DNA from: Mobula hypostoma
Taxonomy: Eukaryota
Assembly: GCF_963921235.1 (NCBI RefSeq)
Contig: NC_086108.1
Span: forward strand, 48,548,001 to 48,612,000
DNA length: 64,000 nucleotides
Reading direction: 5' to 3'
Shown: positions 25,236 to 37,293 of the stretch, one piece after another
How the letters are laid out: every line of letters begins with the position of its first letter
Numbering within the stretch: the first letter of the stretch is position 1
Notes under the pieces: generated by a model
Database searches by the model: none
What the model saw: the letters and a program-made list of their open reading frames with translations, nothing else
Told to the model about the DNA's origin: nothing
Program-made: the position numbers and the translations under genes

Positions 25236-28200
25236 TTAAATATGACATCCTATCTTTTGTAAATAAGGGCGCCAAATATTCAAGAATGTTAGATAATTAT
25301 CTCTTAAATTATAAGTAATTTTTTCAAGTGGAATAGAACTAGCCATTTCATTATTCCAACGATCCATACTTAAATACGAATCAGATTTCCAAGTAACTGC
25401 TATAGTCTTCTTAGCTACTGCCAATGCAATTTTTATAAATTCTTTCTGATATTTATTCAATTTAAGTTTCAGTTTTATCCCTTCAATATCACCTAATAGA
25501 AATAATACAGGGTTATGTGGAAGTTGAATTCCAGTAATTTGTTCCAATAAGACTCTTAAATTTATCCAAAAGGGTTGAATTTTAAAACAAGACCAAGTAG
25601 AATGTAAAAAAGTACCAATTTCTTGATTACACCGAAAACATTTATCAGATAGATTTGAATTTAATCTATTTATTTTTTGTGGTGTAATATATAATTGGTG
25701 TAAAAAATTATATTGTACTAATCTAAGTCGAACATTTATTGTATTTGTCATACTGTTCAGACAAAGTCTTGACCAATTTATTTCATCAATATTAATATTC
25801 AGATCTGTTTCCCATTTTTGCTTTGACTTATGGGTTCCTTGTTTAATTGTCTGTTCTTGAATCAAATTATACATACAAGAAATAAATTTTTTAATTTTCC
25901 CTTTTTGAATTAAAATTTCAATTTCATTAGCTTTTGGCAAAAACATTGTTTGACCCAGCTTACCTATTAAGTAAGCCCTTAACTGAAATTAGCAAAAGAA
26001 AGTATTATTAGATATTTTATATTTATCCCTTAATTGTTCAAATGACATCAATATACCTCGCTCAAAACAATCTCCTATAAATTTAATCCCTTTTTGGTAC
26101 CAATTATATAAAAGTTGATTGTCTATTGTAAAAGGAATAAGTCTGTTTTGAAACAAAGGTCTCCTTGCTAATAGAGATTTCTGTGTTTCCTTATCAACAT
26201 TTATATTATTCCATAGATCAATCAAGTGTGTTAATATAGGAGATTCTTTCTTTTCCCGTATCCATTTAGATTCCCATTTATATATAAAATCTTCAGGTTT
26301 ATTTTCTCCTATCTTGTCTAGTTCTATTTTAATCCATGCTGGTTTTTGATCATCGAAAAAAGATGCAATAAATCTAAGTTGATTTGCTTTATAGTAATTT
26401 TTAAAGTTTGGAAGTTGTAACCCTCCTAACCTAAATTTACATGTCAGTTTTTCCAATGATATTCTTGACATTTTACCTTTCCAAAGAAATTTTCTCACAG
26501 ATTTATTTAACTCTTGAAAAAATTTCTGTGGCAATTGTAGTGGTAATGTTTGAAACAAATACTCTAATCTCGGAAATATATTCATTTTTACAACATTGAC
26601 TCTACCTACTAATGTTATTGGTAGTATCATCCATTTGTCAAGATCTTCTTGAATTTTTTTCAATAGTGGTAAATAATTAAATTTATATAAATTCTTTACA
26701 TCACTATCAAGTCTTATACCTAAATACTTTATACCATTTACCGGCCATCTAAATTGGGTTACTAATCGACATTGACTATAGTCTCCTTTAGTAAGAGACA
26801 AAATTTCACTTTTATCCCAGTTTATTTTGTAACCTGATACCTTCCCATATTCATCCAATCTAGAAGATAATTTATGTAATGAATGTTGTGGGTTTGTTAA
26901 ATAGATCAAAACATCATCGGCAAAAAGATTAATTTTATATTCCTCTTGGTTAACTCTAAAACCCATAATATCTGGATCCAATCTAATTAGTTCTGCTAAT
27001 GGCTCTATCGCCAATACAAATAGAGCAGGTGATAGTGGACAACCTTGTCTAGTTGACCTTTTTAGCTGAAATGGTGTTGAAATTTGAGAGTTTGTCACTA
27101 CTTTAGCTTTAGGGTTAGAATTTAAAGTTTTTTAATCCAATTTATAAAAGATGTTCCTAACCCATATTTTTCTAATACTTTAAATAAAAAATCCCATTCT
27201 AATCTATCAAATGCTTTTTCTGCATCCAAAGCTACTACTATACTCTTCTCGTCCCTTTTTTGTGCCAAATGAATTATACTGAGTAGCCGAGTTACATTAT
27301 CTGCCAGTTGTCTATTTTTAATAAATCCTGTTTGATCCATATATATTAATTTTGGTAAATATTTAGATAATCTATTCGATAAAATTTTTGCTATTATTTT
27401 ATAATCCATATTCAATAAAGAAATAGGCCTGTATGATGTTGGTTTCATAGGATCTCTGTCCTTTTTTGGCAATACTATTACAATCGCTGTTGAAAAAGAA
27501 TCTGGAAGTTTATGTATTTTTTCTGCTTGACGTATTAATTCCATAAAAAGAGGAAATAATAAATCTTTAAATTTTTTATAAAACTCAGGTGGAAAACCAT
27601 CTTCTCCTGGAGATTTATTACTTTGAAGTGATCCTAAAGCTTCTTCAACTTCTTTTAATGTAAAAGGCATATCTAATCCCCTCTGTTCTTCCAAATTCAA
27701 TTTTGGAAGAGAAACTTGTGATAAAAACCTTTCTATCTCATTAACATCGTTTTGGGATTCTGATTGATATAATTCAGAATAAAAATTTTTAAAGGTTTCA
27801 TTTATTTCAAGAGGTTTATAAGATATTTTATCTGCCCTTGTTCTAATTGCATTTATTGTTTTGGAAGCTTGTTCTGTTTTCAACTGCCAGGCAAGAATTT
27901 TATGTGCTCTCTCACCTAATTCATAATACCTTTGTTTAGATCTTATAATTGCTTTTTCCGTTCTATATGTCTGAAGTGTATTATATTGTAACTTCTTATT
28001 GACAAGTTGTCTTCGTTTTTCTTCTGACATATATCTTTGTGATTCTTTTTCTATTCTTGTAATCTCTTTTTCCAATAGATCTAGTTCTGCCATATATTCT
28101 TTCTTAATTTTAGACGTATAACTTATTATCTGTCCCCTAAGATATGCTTTCATCGCATCCCATAATATAAATTTATCCTCCACTGAATGAAAATTTGTAT

Positions 28201-29015
28201 CCAAAAAAAAATTGAATCTGCTCTTTCATAAAATCACAAAAATCTTGATGTTTTAATAATATTGAATTAAATCTCCATCTATAAGCCACTTCTTCCTTAT
28301 CAGCCATTATTATTGTCATTAATAAAGGAGAATGATCTGATAATATTCTTGCTTTATATTCCATATTTTTCACTCTGTGTTGAATATGCATTGATAATAG
28401 AAAAAAATCTATCCTTGAATAAGTTTTATGTCTGTGGGAATAGAACGAATAGTCTCTTTCTTTAGGATTGATTCTTCTCCATATATCAATCAAATTTAAA
28501 TCTTTCATCAATGATAAAGTTAGATTTACTACCTTCGATTTTATAACAGCCTTGGTTGATCTATCTAAGACTGGGTCTAAGCAAAAATTGAAGTCGCCTC
28601 CAATTAATATTTTTTCATGTGCATCCGCCAAATTCAAAAAAGTTTCTTGTATGAATTTTGCATCATTTTCATTTGGTGCATAAATATTCATAAAAGTCCA
28701 TAGTTCGGAAAAAAGTTGACAATGTATAATCACATATCTCCCCGCAGAATCAGTTATTACATTTTGTATCCTAATTGGTAACGTTTTATTGATCAAAATT
28801 GCTACTCCCCTCGCTTTTGAATTAAATGAGGCCGCAACAACATTACCCACCCAATCTCTCTTTAGTTTCTGATGTTCTGTTTCTGTTAGGTGCGTTTCCT
28901 GTAAAAAAGCTAAATCTATCTTCATTTTTTTAATATATGTTAAGATTCTTTTTCTTTTCACTGGTCCATTAAGCCCATTAACATCAAAACTCAAAAAATT
29001 CAATAAATTAGTCAT
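25236..29015 (-). pseudogene. L1 ORF2 (APE endonuclease, RT, C-terminal Cys-rich domain); two frameshifts (about 28200, 27120) and one in-frame stop (25989-25991)
   Basis: FLQETHL, GGDFN, YSRIDFF, LSDHSP; KSPGEDGF, YRPISLLN, DAEKAFD, RQGCPLSP, LFADD; CFRC..HSTWSC. Confidence 0.95.
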
Positions 29016-29466
29016 TATTCTTAACAAAGTTACTCCAATCTAAAATATTACTTATCTTCTCAACTCTCATAGTTCCTTGGGGAATCACTTTAAACTTCAC
29101 CATGATGCTATGTGTTCCCCCCCTCCAACCTTCCAGGCAAAAAGAGAAAAAAAAGAAAAAACAAAATACCCCCCCACTAATGTTGTGAATGAAAAGATAC
29201 ACAACACTACCCCCCTCCATTTTACGGGTTGCGGCAAAAGCCACGCTTGCACACATGATTAACGTAGCAATCGATCAGTGCTTCTTCCAGCTCCCCCGCA
29301 ACAAAAAAAAAGTTATATATATATAAACAAAATTAGTATTATTATTCCCAGCTAATTTCCTCCAGTATTAACCTTTCTTACCCCCCTCATATAATTAATA
29401 CTATATTTATACATTCATCCAGCTTCAAAAATCCAACAAATCCATTCTTAAACCCAATCTTCATCT

Positions 29467-29831
29467 TCAATCTATCTCCCTCTCGTGAGTTTGTTCTTGT
29501 ATCTGGTGAATATTCAGAGAATCTTGCACAAACTGCTCTGCTTTCTGGTAGTCATCAAAAAATCTTTTTTCTCCACCAGACAAAAAAATCTTCAAAGTTG
29601 CAGGATAACGCAGTATAAATTGATAATCATGCTCCCATAGGGTTTTTTCCACTGGATTAAACTTCTTCCTTTTCTTCAAAAGTTCGTAACTTATATCAGG
29701 GTAGAAAAAAACTCTTTTCTCTTTAATTATCAATGGCCCTTTTCTATCTTTGGCAGCTTGAACAGCCACCTGTAGAATCCTTTCCTTGTCTTGAAATCTT
29801 AAGAATTTTATTAAAATCGATCGTGGATATT
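29467..29831 (-). pseudogene. L1 ORF1 3' part (RRM end and C-terminal domain)
   Basis: YPRSILIKFLRFQDKERIL..VFFYPDISYELLKKRKKF..LRYPATLKI. Confidence 0.9.
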
Positions 29832-29932
29832 AACATAGAAACATAGAAACATAGAAAATAGGTGCAGGAGTAGGCCATTCGGCCCTTCGAGCCTGCACCG
29901 CCATTTATTATGATCATGGCTGATCATCCAAC

Positions 29933-32434
29933 TCAGAACCCAGCCTTCCCTCCATACCCCCTGACCCCTGTAGCCACAAGGGCCATATCTAACTTCCTTT
30001 TAAACATAGCTAATGAACTGGCCTCAACAGTTTGCTGTGGCAGAGAATTCCACAGATTCACCACTCTCTGTGTGAAGAAGTTTTTCCTAACCTCGGTCCT
30101 AAAAGGCTTCCCCTCTATCCTCAAACTGTGACCCCTCGTTCTAGACCTCCCCAACATCGGGAACAATCTTCCTGCATCTAGCCTGTCCAATCCCTTTAGG
30201 ATCTTATACGTTTCAATCAGATCCCCCCTCAATCTTCTAAATTCCAACGAGTACAAGCCCAGTTCATCCAGTCTTTCTTCATATGAAAGACCTGCCATCC
30301 CAGGAATCAATCTGGTGAACCTTCTTTGTACTCCCTCTATGGCAAAGATGTCTTTCCTCAGATTAGGGGACCAAAACTGCACACAATACTCCAGGTGTGG
30401 TCTCACCAAGGCCTTGTACAACTGCAGTAGTACCTCCCTGCTCCTGTACTCGAATCCTCTCGCTATAAATGCCAGCATACCGTTCGCCTTTTTCACCGCC
30501 TGCTGTACCTGCATGCCCACTTTCAATGACTGGTGTATAATGACACCCAGGTCTCGTTGCACCTCCCCTTTTCCTAATCGGCCACCATTCAGATAATAAT
30601 CTGTTTTCCTATTTTTGCCACCAAAGTGGATAACTTCACATTTATCCACATTAAATTGCATCTGCCATGAGTTTGCCCACTCACCCAACCTATCCAAGTC
30701 ACCCTGCATCCTCTTAGCATCCTCCTTAACCGGCCTATAATTCCCCGGTTTCTCTCTCCCTCCTTTTTTAAAAAGTGGGGTTACATTAGCCACCCTCCAA
30801 TCCTCAGGAACTAGTCCAGAATCTAACGAGTTTTGAAAAATTATCACTAATGCATCCACTATTTCTTGGGCCACTTCCTTAAGCACTCTGGGATGCAGAC
30901 CATCTGGCCCTGGGGATTTATCTGCCTTCAATCCCTTCAATTTACCTAACACCACTTCCCTACTAACATGTATTTCGCTCAGTTCCTCCATCTCACTGGA
31001 CCCTCTGTCCCTTACTATTTCTGGAAGATTACTTATGTCCTCCTTAGTGAAGACAGAACCAAAGTAATTATTCAATTGGTCTGCCATGTCCTTGCTCCCC
31101 ATAATCAATTCACCTGTTTCTGTTTGCAGGGGACCTACATTTGTCTTTATCAGTCTTTTCCTTTTTACATATCTATAAAAGCTTTTACAGTCCGTTTTTA
31201 TGTTCTCTGCCAGTTTTCTCTCATAATCTTTTTTCCCCTTCCTAATTAAGCCCTTTGTCCTCCTCTGCTGAACTCTGAATTTCTCCCAGTCCTCAGGTGA
31301 GCCACTTTCTCTGGCTAATTTGTATGCTACTTCTTTGGAATTGATACTATCCCTAATTTCTCTTGTCAGCCACGGGTGCACTACCTTCCTTGATTTATTC
31401 TTTTGCCAAACTGGGATGAACAATTGTTGTAGTTCATCCATGCAACCTTTAAATGCCTGCCATTGCATATCCACCGTCAATCCTTGAAGTGTCATTTGCC
31501 AGTCTATCTTAGCTAATTCATGTCTCATACCTTCAAAGTTACCCCTCTTTAAGTTCAGAACCTTTGTTTCTGAATTAACTACGTCACTCTCCATGTTAAT
31601 GAAGAATTCCACCATATTATGGTCACTCTTACCCAAGGGGCCTCTCACGACAAGATCGCTAATTAACCCTTCCTCATTGCTCAAAACCCAGTCCAGAATA
31701 GCCTGCTCTCTAGTCGGTTCCTCGACATGTTGGTTCAAAAAACCATCCCGCATACATTCCAAGAAATCCTCTTCCTCAGCACCTTTACCAATTTGGTTCA
31801 CCCAGTCTACATGTAGATTGAAGTCACCCATTATAACTGCTGTTCCTTTATTGCACACATTTCTAATTTCCTGTTTAATACCATCTCCGACCTCACTACT
31901 ACTGTTAGGTGGCCTGTACACAACTCCCAGCAGCGTCTTCTGCCCCTTAGTGTTACGCAGCTCTACCCATATCGATTCCACATCTTCCCGGCTTATGTCC
32001 TTCCTTTCTATTGCGTTAATCTCTTTTTTAACCAGCAACGCCACCCCACCTCCCCTTCCTTCGTGTCTATCCCTCCTGAATATTGAATATCCCTGAACGT
32101 TGAGCTCCCATCCCTGGTCACCCTGGAGCCATGTCTCTGTGATCCCAACTATATCATAATCATTAATAACAATCTGCACTTTCAATTCATCCACCTTATT
32201 ACGAATGCTCCTTGCATTGACACATAAAGCCTTCAGGCACTCTTTTACAACTCTCTTAGCCCTTTTTAATGCTTGCCCTGGATTTGTCGGCCTGCCACTT
32301 TTACTTTTCCCCTTTGTACTTTTTGCTTCTACGCTCACTTTACACCCCTCTGTCTCTCTGCACTGGTTCCCATCCCTCTGTTGTGAACTAACCTCCTCAC
32401 ACCTAGCCGCTTTAATTTGATTCCCACCCCCCAA
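29933..32434 (-). CDS. CR1 ORF2, copy 1: intact APE endonuclease, RT core deleted (833 aa open frame, no AUG start)
   Basis: GITETWL, MGDFN, KSDHNM present. The junction NYRPV|KEDAKRMQ lacks the FADD region. Confidence 0.85.
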   Translation of the reverse strand: MGGGNQIKAARCEEVSSQQRDGNQCRETEGCKVSVEAKSTKGKSKSGRPTNPGQALKRAKRVVKECLKALCVNARSIRNKVDELKVQIVINDYDIVGITETWLQGDQGWELNVQGYSIFRRDRHEGRGGGVALLVKKEINAIERKDISREDVESIWVELRNTKGQKTLLGVVYRPPNSSSEVGDGIKQEIRNVCNKGTAVIMGDFNLHVDWVNQIGKGAEEEDFLECMRDGFLNQHVEEPTREQAILDWVLSNEEGLISDLVVRGPLGKSDHNMVEFFINMESDVVNSETKVLNLKRGNFEGMRHELAKIDWQMTLQGLTVDMQWQAFKGCMDELQQLFIPVWQKNKSRKVVHPWLTREIRDSINSKEVAYKLARESGSPEDWEKFRVQQRRTKGLIRKGKKDYERKLAENIKTDCKSFYRYVKRKRLIKTNVGPLQTETGELIMGSKDMADQLNNYFGSVFTKEDISNLPEIVRDRGSSEMEELSEIHVSREVVLGKLKGLKADKSPGPDGLHPRVLKEVAQEIVDALVIIFQNSLDSGLVPEDWRVANVTPLFKKGGREKPGNYRPVKEDAKRMQGDLDRLGEWANSWQMQFNVDKCEVIHFGGKNRKTDYYLNGGRLGKGEVQRDLGVIIHQSLKVGMQVQQAVKKANGMLAFIARGFEYRSREVLLQLYKALVRPHLEYCVQFWSPNLRKDIFAIEGVQRRFTRLIPGMAGLSYEERLDELGLYSLEFRRLRGDLIETYKILKGLDRLDAGRLFPMLGRSRTRGHSLRIEGKPFRTEVRKNFFTQRVVNLWNSLPQQTVEASSLAMFKRKLDMALVATGVRGYGGKAGF

Positions 32435-32439
32435 CCATT

Positions 32440-33375
32440 CTAGTTTAAAGTCACCTCAGTAGCCCCCGCTAATCTCCCTGCCAGGATATTGGTCCCCCGA
32501 GGATTTAAGTGTAACCCGTCCTTTTTGTACAGGTCACACCTGCGCCAAAAGAGGTCCCAATGATCCAAAAACTTGAATCCCTGCCCCCTGCTCCAATCCC
32601 TCAGCCACGCATTTATCCTCCACCTCATCGCATTCCTACTCTCACTGTCGCGTGGCACAGGCAGTAATCCCGAGATTACTACCTTTGCGGTCCTTTTTCT
32701 CAACTCCCTTCCTAGCTCCCTATATTCTTCTTTCAGGACCTCATCCCTTTTCCTACCTATGTCATTGGTACCTATATGTACCAGGACCTCTGGCTCTTCA
32801 CCCTCCCACTTCAGGATATCTTGGACACGATCAGAAATATCCCGGACCCTGGCACCAGGGAGGCAAACTACCATCCGAGTCTCTGGACTGCGTCCACAGA
32901 ATCGCCTATCTGACCCCCTTACTATCGAGTCCCCTATCACAACTGCCCTCCTCTTCCTTGCCCTACCCTTCTGAGCTACAGGGCCAGACTCTGTGCCGGA
33001 GGCAGGGCCACTGTCGCTTCCCCCGGGTAAGCTGTCCCCCCCAACAGTACTCAAACAGGAGTACCTGTTGTTAAGGGGCACAGCCGCCGGGGTACTCCCC
33101 ATCACCTTCCTTTTCCCCTTCCCCCTCCTAACCGTGACCCACTTGTCTGCCTCCCGTGGCCCCGGCGTGACCACCTGCCTTCCACTCCTCTCTATCACCT
33201 CCTCACTCTCCCTGACCAGACGAAGGTCATCGAGCTGCAGCTCCAGTTCCGTAACGCGGTCCCTTAGGAGCTGCATCTCGATGCACTTGGCGCAGATGTA
33301 GACGTCCGGGAGGCTTGGAGACTCCAGGGCCTCCCACATCCGACACCGAGAACAGCAAACTGCCCTCACAGTCAT
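32440..33375 (-). CDS. CR1 ORF1, copy 1: Cys zinc-finger, coiled coil and SGNH esterase
   Basis: CCSRC..CAKC, LRDRVTELELQL, GDSIV, GTND, DGLH. Confidence 0.92.
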   Translation of the reverse strand: MTVRAVCCSRCRMWEALESPSLPDVYICAKCIEMQLLRDRVTELELQLDDLRLVRESEEVIERSGRQVVTPGPREADKWVTVRRGKGKRKVMGSTPAAVPLNNRYSCLSTVGGDSLPGGSDSGPASGTESGPVAQKGRARKRRAVVIGDSIVRGSDRRFCGRSPETRMVVCLPGARVRDISDRVQDILKWEGEEPEVLVHIGTNDIGRKRDEVLKEEYRELGRELRKRTAKVVISGLLPVPRDSESRNAMRWRINAWLRDWSRGQGFKFLDHWDLFWRRCDLYKKDGLHLNPRGTNILAGRLAGATEVTLN

Positions 33376-33780
33376 AATGCCCCTCTCCTCAAATAGCAAC
33401 AGAAAATGAATGTCAAACCTTCCTCGCCTCACCCGCTTCCGCCTAAGCCCGGTGAGCCGAAGCCCTTAAGTCTTCACTCTGCTCCCGGCTCACTCCGCCG
33501 CCCGCAAACTACGCTGCCCGCTCTATGAGGCTCTGTTCCTTTTAAATCTGCCGCGCTGCACTGCCCTACGTCACACGCCTGCGCAGTCCCGCCTCTCAGA
33601 AAGCCGTTGGAGAAAAAAAAATAACGAAAATTTCAAAAATCTCTTTTTCGGCACTCCCACTCAGACTCTCAGACTCCTTCTTCAAATCAAATCCGAAGCA
33701 GGATGTCTGCCCTTTTAAATCTGCCGCGCTGCACTGCCCGACGTCACACGCCTGCGCAGTCCCGCCTCTCAGAAAGCCGT

Positions 33781-34403
33781 CATCTTTTGGTTTTGGTCTT
33801 AAAGCTCTATGTGCCCGCTCAATTTCAATTGATCGAGCCTCCTCTCCCATTTGCAAAACATCCGGGATCCATCTTTGAAAAAATTCTATTGGCTTATCTC
33901 CTTCCATACCTTCTGGAAGACCAACAATTTTTATATTATTACGTCTACTGAAATTTTCCAACATGTCCACTTTCTCCAAGTCGGTTTCTTTCCGAGTTCC
34001 AGACAAGCAAATCATTTTCTGTTTTTTCCACTCTATCATTCATAAGCCCCATTGCTCTTTCCATCTTCTGAAGTTTCTTTTCCATTTTGTCCTGTCTTTC
34101 CATAACTTTATTATAGCATCTCTTCGTATCTCTAAGCTCTTCTCTTACTTTCCTTAATTCAGCCATTGATCGCAATACAGCCTCTCTTATGTCTCTATCA
34201 TCTCCTTTACTTCCACTCGCTTCCAATTCTTCCTCCTCTTCTTCATCTGTGTTCTCTGCAGAATCCAGTTCTGACTCTGAGTCATTTTCAATTGAAGTGG
34301 GTGTCGGTTCTTGTAGTTTGCGTTGTGTCGATTTGCGCATGCGCTCCTCTTTGCGCATGCGCAATTCCGTTGTCTTCTTCGGAGCAACCTCTGCCACCAC
34401 CAT
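33781..34403 (-). pseudogene. L1 ORF1 5' part (acidic tract, coiled coil, RRM start); frameshift near 33985
   Basis: MVVAEVAPKK..EEEEEE..; LENFSRRNNIKIVGLPEG..IEIERAHRAL. Confidence 0.9.
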
Positions 34404-34449
34404 TGCTCCCTGTTCTACCGAAGGAGATCCAGAGAGGACCCTACTATGT

Positions 34450-35587
34450 GACGTAGCTACTGGCCAACCCCGCCCCGTCATCCCAGCAGCCTGGCGCCGG
34501 CGGGTTTTCGAGTCCATTCACAACTTAGCGCATCCCTCCATCAGGACAACCGTCCAGCTGGTCTCCAACAGGTTGGTGTGGCATGGACTTCGTAAGCAGG
34601 TCAGTGAATGGGCCAGAACGTGCATGCAGTGCCAAACGGCCAAGGTGCAGCGGCACACCAAGGCTCCGACGCAGCAGTTCGAACCCACCCGCCGGAGGTT
34701 CGACCACATTCATGTGGATATCGTGAGGCCCCTGCCAGTGTCACGAGGAGCGCGGTACCTCCTAACTATGATAGACCGGTTCACCAGATGGCCAGAGGCC
34801 ATCCCGCTCACCAACACCACCTCCGAATCCTGCGCCCGAGCACTGATCGCAACCTGGGTAGCACGCTTTGGGGTACCGGCCCACATTACCTCCGACAGGG
34901 GCACCCAGTTCACCTCCAGCCTGTGGTCGGCTATGGCCAGCCTTTTAGGAACACAGCTACACCACACAACTGCCTACCACCCACAGTCGAACGGACTAGT
35001 GGAGCGCTTCCACCGTCACCTGAAATCGGCTCTCATGGCCCGCCTGGAGGGGCCTAACTGGGTGGACGAACTTCCCTGGGTCCTGCTCGGAATCCGCACG
35101 GCGCCCAAGGAGGATCTACACACCTCGTCGGCCGAGTTGGTGTATGGCACGCCCCTGGTCGTCCCAGGAGAGTTCATACCAGCCCCAAGGGGGCAAGAGG
35201 AAGAACCCACAGCAGTCCTGGACAGACTACGAGAGAGGCTCGGTAACCTGGCCCCCATACCCACTTCACAGCACGGACAGAGTCCGACCTGCGTACCCAA
35301 AGACCTGCAGAACTGTAAGTTTCTTTTTGTACGACGGGGCGGACACCGGGCACCGCTACAGCGGCCCTACGAGGGACCGTTTAAGGTGATCGGGAACAAC
35401 GGGTCCACGTTTGTGCTGGACATTGGGGGGAGAGAGGAGGTTTTCACAGTGGACCGACTCAAACCGGCCCATGTGGACTTGGCGCAACCGGTCCAGGCTC
35501 AGGCACCGCGACGCAGGGGCAGACCTCCCAAACAGAGGCCGATCCAGACTGTGGACATTGGGGGAGGTATCGCCGGTTCTGGGTTCT
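34450..35587 (+). pseudogene. Gypsy integrase (HHCC, DDE core, GPY/F module); continuation of pol after the L1
   Basis: HNLAHP..CMQC, IHVDIV, ITSDRGTQF, SNGLVERFH, PYEGPFKV, VDRLKPAH. Confidence 0.95.
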
Positions 35588-35604
35588 GGGGGGGGGGGTG
35601 GTTA

Positions 35605-35890
35605 TGTGGCGACCCACTTTCTGGCACACACAAACCGGCTCACAACAGCGCGCGCAGGCAGGGGGGCCGGCAGCAAAAAGGGCACCAGGCCATCTTCACC
35701 AGCAGGGGGGAAATCCCGCGCGCAGAAAGGGTCTGGGAATATACATTCCCCACAGTAGTCCCGCCCAGGGAGGGCGGGAACAGGAAGGCTTTAAAGCGGG
35801 CCGCGAAGTTTGAATAAATCTCTTTCATCGCAACTCTAACTCACCGACTCCGTGTGGTTATTCTAGCGCTGTGTGTAGCACATCGCTACA
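35605..35890 (+). repeat. Gypsy 3' LTR (286 bp), preceded by a poly-G PPT (35588-35601)
   Basis: Direct repeat of 22104-22388, followed by the AGCT TSD. Confidence 0.97.
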
Positions 35891-36984
35891 AGCTGTCCAT
35901 TCTCAACCAAATCATTCATATCGATAAACAAACAGCACTGAACCCTGAGGAATATTACTAATCACAGGCCTGCTGTCCCAAAGAACAATCTTTCACCATC
36001 ACCTTCTACTTCATACCATCAGGCCAACTGTATATCGAGTTAGCTAGCTCTCCCTGGATCCAACACGATCTAGCTTTCCATAGCAGCCTACTATGTAGAA
36101 CCTTAAAGGTCTTACGGAAATCCATATAGGTTTTATCTACCGCTCTACCCTCATCGACTCCTTAGTTACTTCTTTCAAAAACTCAGTCAAATTTATGATA
36201 TACGTTCTCCCATGCACAAAGCCATGCTGACTTTCCCCAATCAACCCTTATCTTTCCACGTGCTTGTATATCTTATCTCTCAGAATCCCTTCTCAAAGAC
36301 GATAGGATCATCAGACATTGGAGTAGAATTAGATATTCAGCCCTTCAAGTCTGCTCTGTCATTCACCATGGCTGCTTAATTTTCCCTCACAACCCCATTC
36401 TCCTGCCTTCTCCCTGGAGCCTTTAATCAAGAATCTATCTCCCTCTGCTTTAAATATACCCAGTAACTTGGCCTCCACAGCTGTCTGTGGCAATGAATTT
36501 CAGAAATTCACGACTCTCTGGCTCAAGACCCTTTTCTATTCTGAGGCTGTGTCCTCTGGTCCTAGACTCTCCCTATCACAGCTGCTAGGTGTACTGGTCT
36601 TTCTTTGCAGCCCTTCTTAAAAAAGGGCACAAGCTTATCATCCCATCTTTTTTGTCAGCTCTACTCTTAAAGCCTCAGTAATTACTGAACAATCCCTCAG
36701 TCTACTACCACGATGTACTCCTTAATCAGAAATGCAATGTGTCCTCAAAACATTGATGAAACATGGACTGTTCATTTCCTTCCATAGATGCCACCTGACC
36801 TACTGAATTCCTCCAGTGTTTTCTGTGTGTTTCTCTCCTCTTTCCTCACCCCTATCCTCACTTCTATCCTTCTCATAGAAACTGTACCCTTAGCCATATT
36901 ACTGAAATGGCAATAATATTTCAGTCCAATATAGCTATCCAAACTTTGAGTTTGTGAGCCTTACCTGTCAGACTTCTTGCATTG

Positions 36985-37293
36985 AAATAATAGGCATCCG
37001 TTAGTCATATGAGACCATGGATTTGCACCTTGGAAGGTTTCCAGGGCGCAGGCCTGGGCAAAGTTGTATGGAAGACTGGCAGTTGCCCATGCTGCAAGTC
37101 TCCCCTCTCCACACCACCGATGTTGTCCAAGGGAAGGGCACGAGGGCTGATACAGCTTGGCACCGCTGTCGTCGCAGAGCAATGTGTGGTGAAGTGCCTT
37201 GCTCTAGGACACAACACGCTGCCTCAGCTGAGGCTCAAACTAGCAATCTTCAGATCACTAGACCGACGCCTTAACCACTTGGCCACGCGCCAA
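36985..37293 (-). mobile_element. tRNA-derived SINE
   Basis: The minus-strand head GGCGCGTGGCCAAGTGGTTAAGGCG...AGTTTGAGCC has Pol III A and B boxes and is followed by a ~240-nt non-tRNA body. Confidence 0.8.

Larger units (their letters stand above)
29832..33780 (-). mobile_element. Young CR1 LINE, copy 1, with a 498-bp in-frame RT deletion
   Basis: 3' (TTTCTATG)n tail, ORF2, ORF1 and ~1.4 copies of the 172-bp 5' monomer. Nearly identical to 49453-54143. No TSD. Confidence 0.97.
25018..34431 (-). mobile_element. Near full-length L1-clade LINE inserted antisense into Gypsy pol; its ORF1 is split by a CR1
   Basis: 18-bp TSD gagag(a/g)accctactatgt at 25000-25017 and 34432-34449. Minus-strand AATAAA plus A-tail at 25017-25040. 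ORF1 and ORF2 both recognisable. Confidence 0.96.
22104..35890 (+). mobile_element. Full-length Gypsy/Ty3 LTR retrotransposon, disrupted by a 9.4-kb L1+CR1 insertion
   Basis: Two LTRs with TG...CA ends, 4-bp TSD AGCT (22100-22103 and 35891-35894), PBS, PPT, and gag-PR-RT-RH-IN order. Confidence 0.97.

Noticed and set aside
34189..35817. 542-aa ORF with a Ser-rich N-terminus that looks like a novel integrase gene
   Set aside because: Chimeric by accident: antisense L1 ORF1 (acidic tract read backwards), then Gypsy integrase, then read-through into the LTR. No evidence of its own start.
37225..37293. tRNA-like sequence with A and B boxes
   Set aside because: No complete cloverleaf or acceptor stem; it continues into a SINE body.
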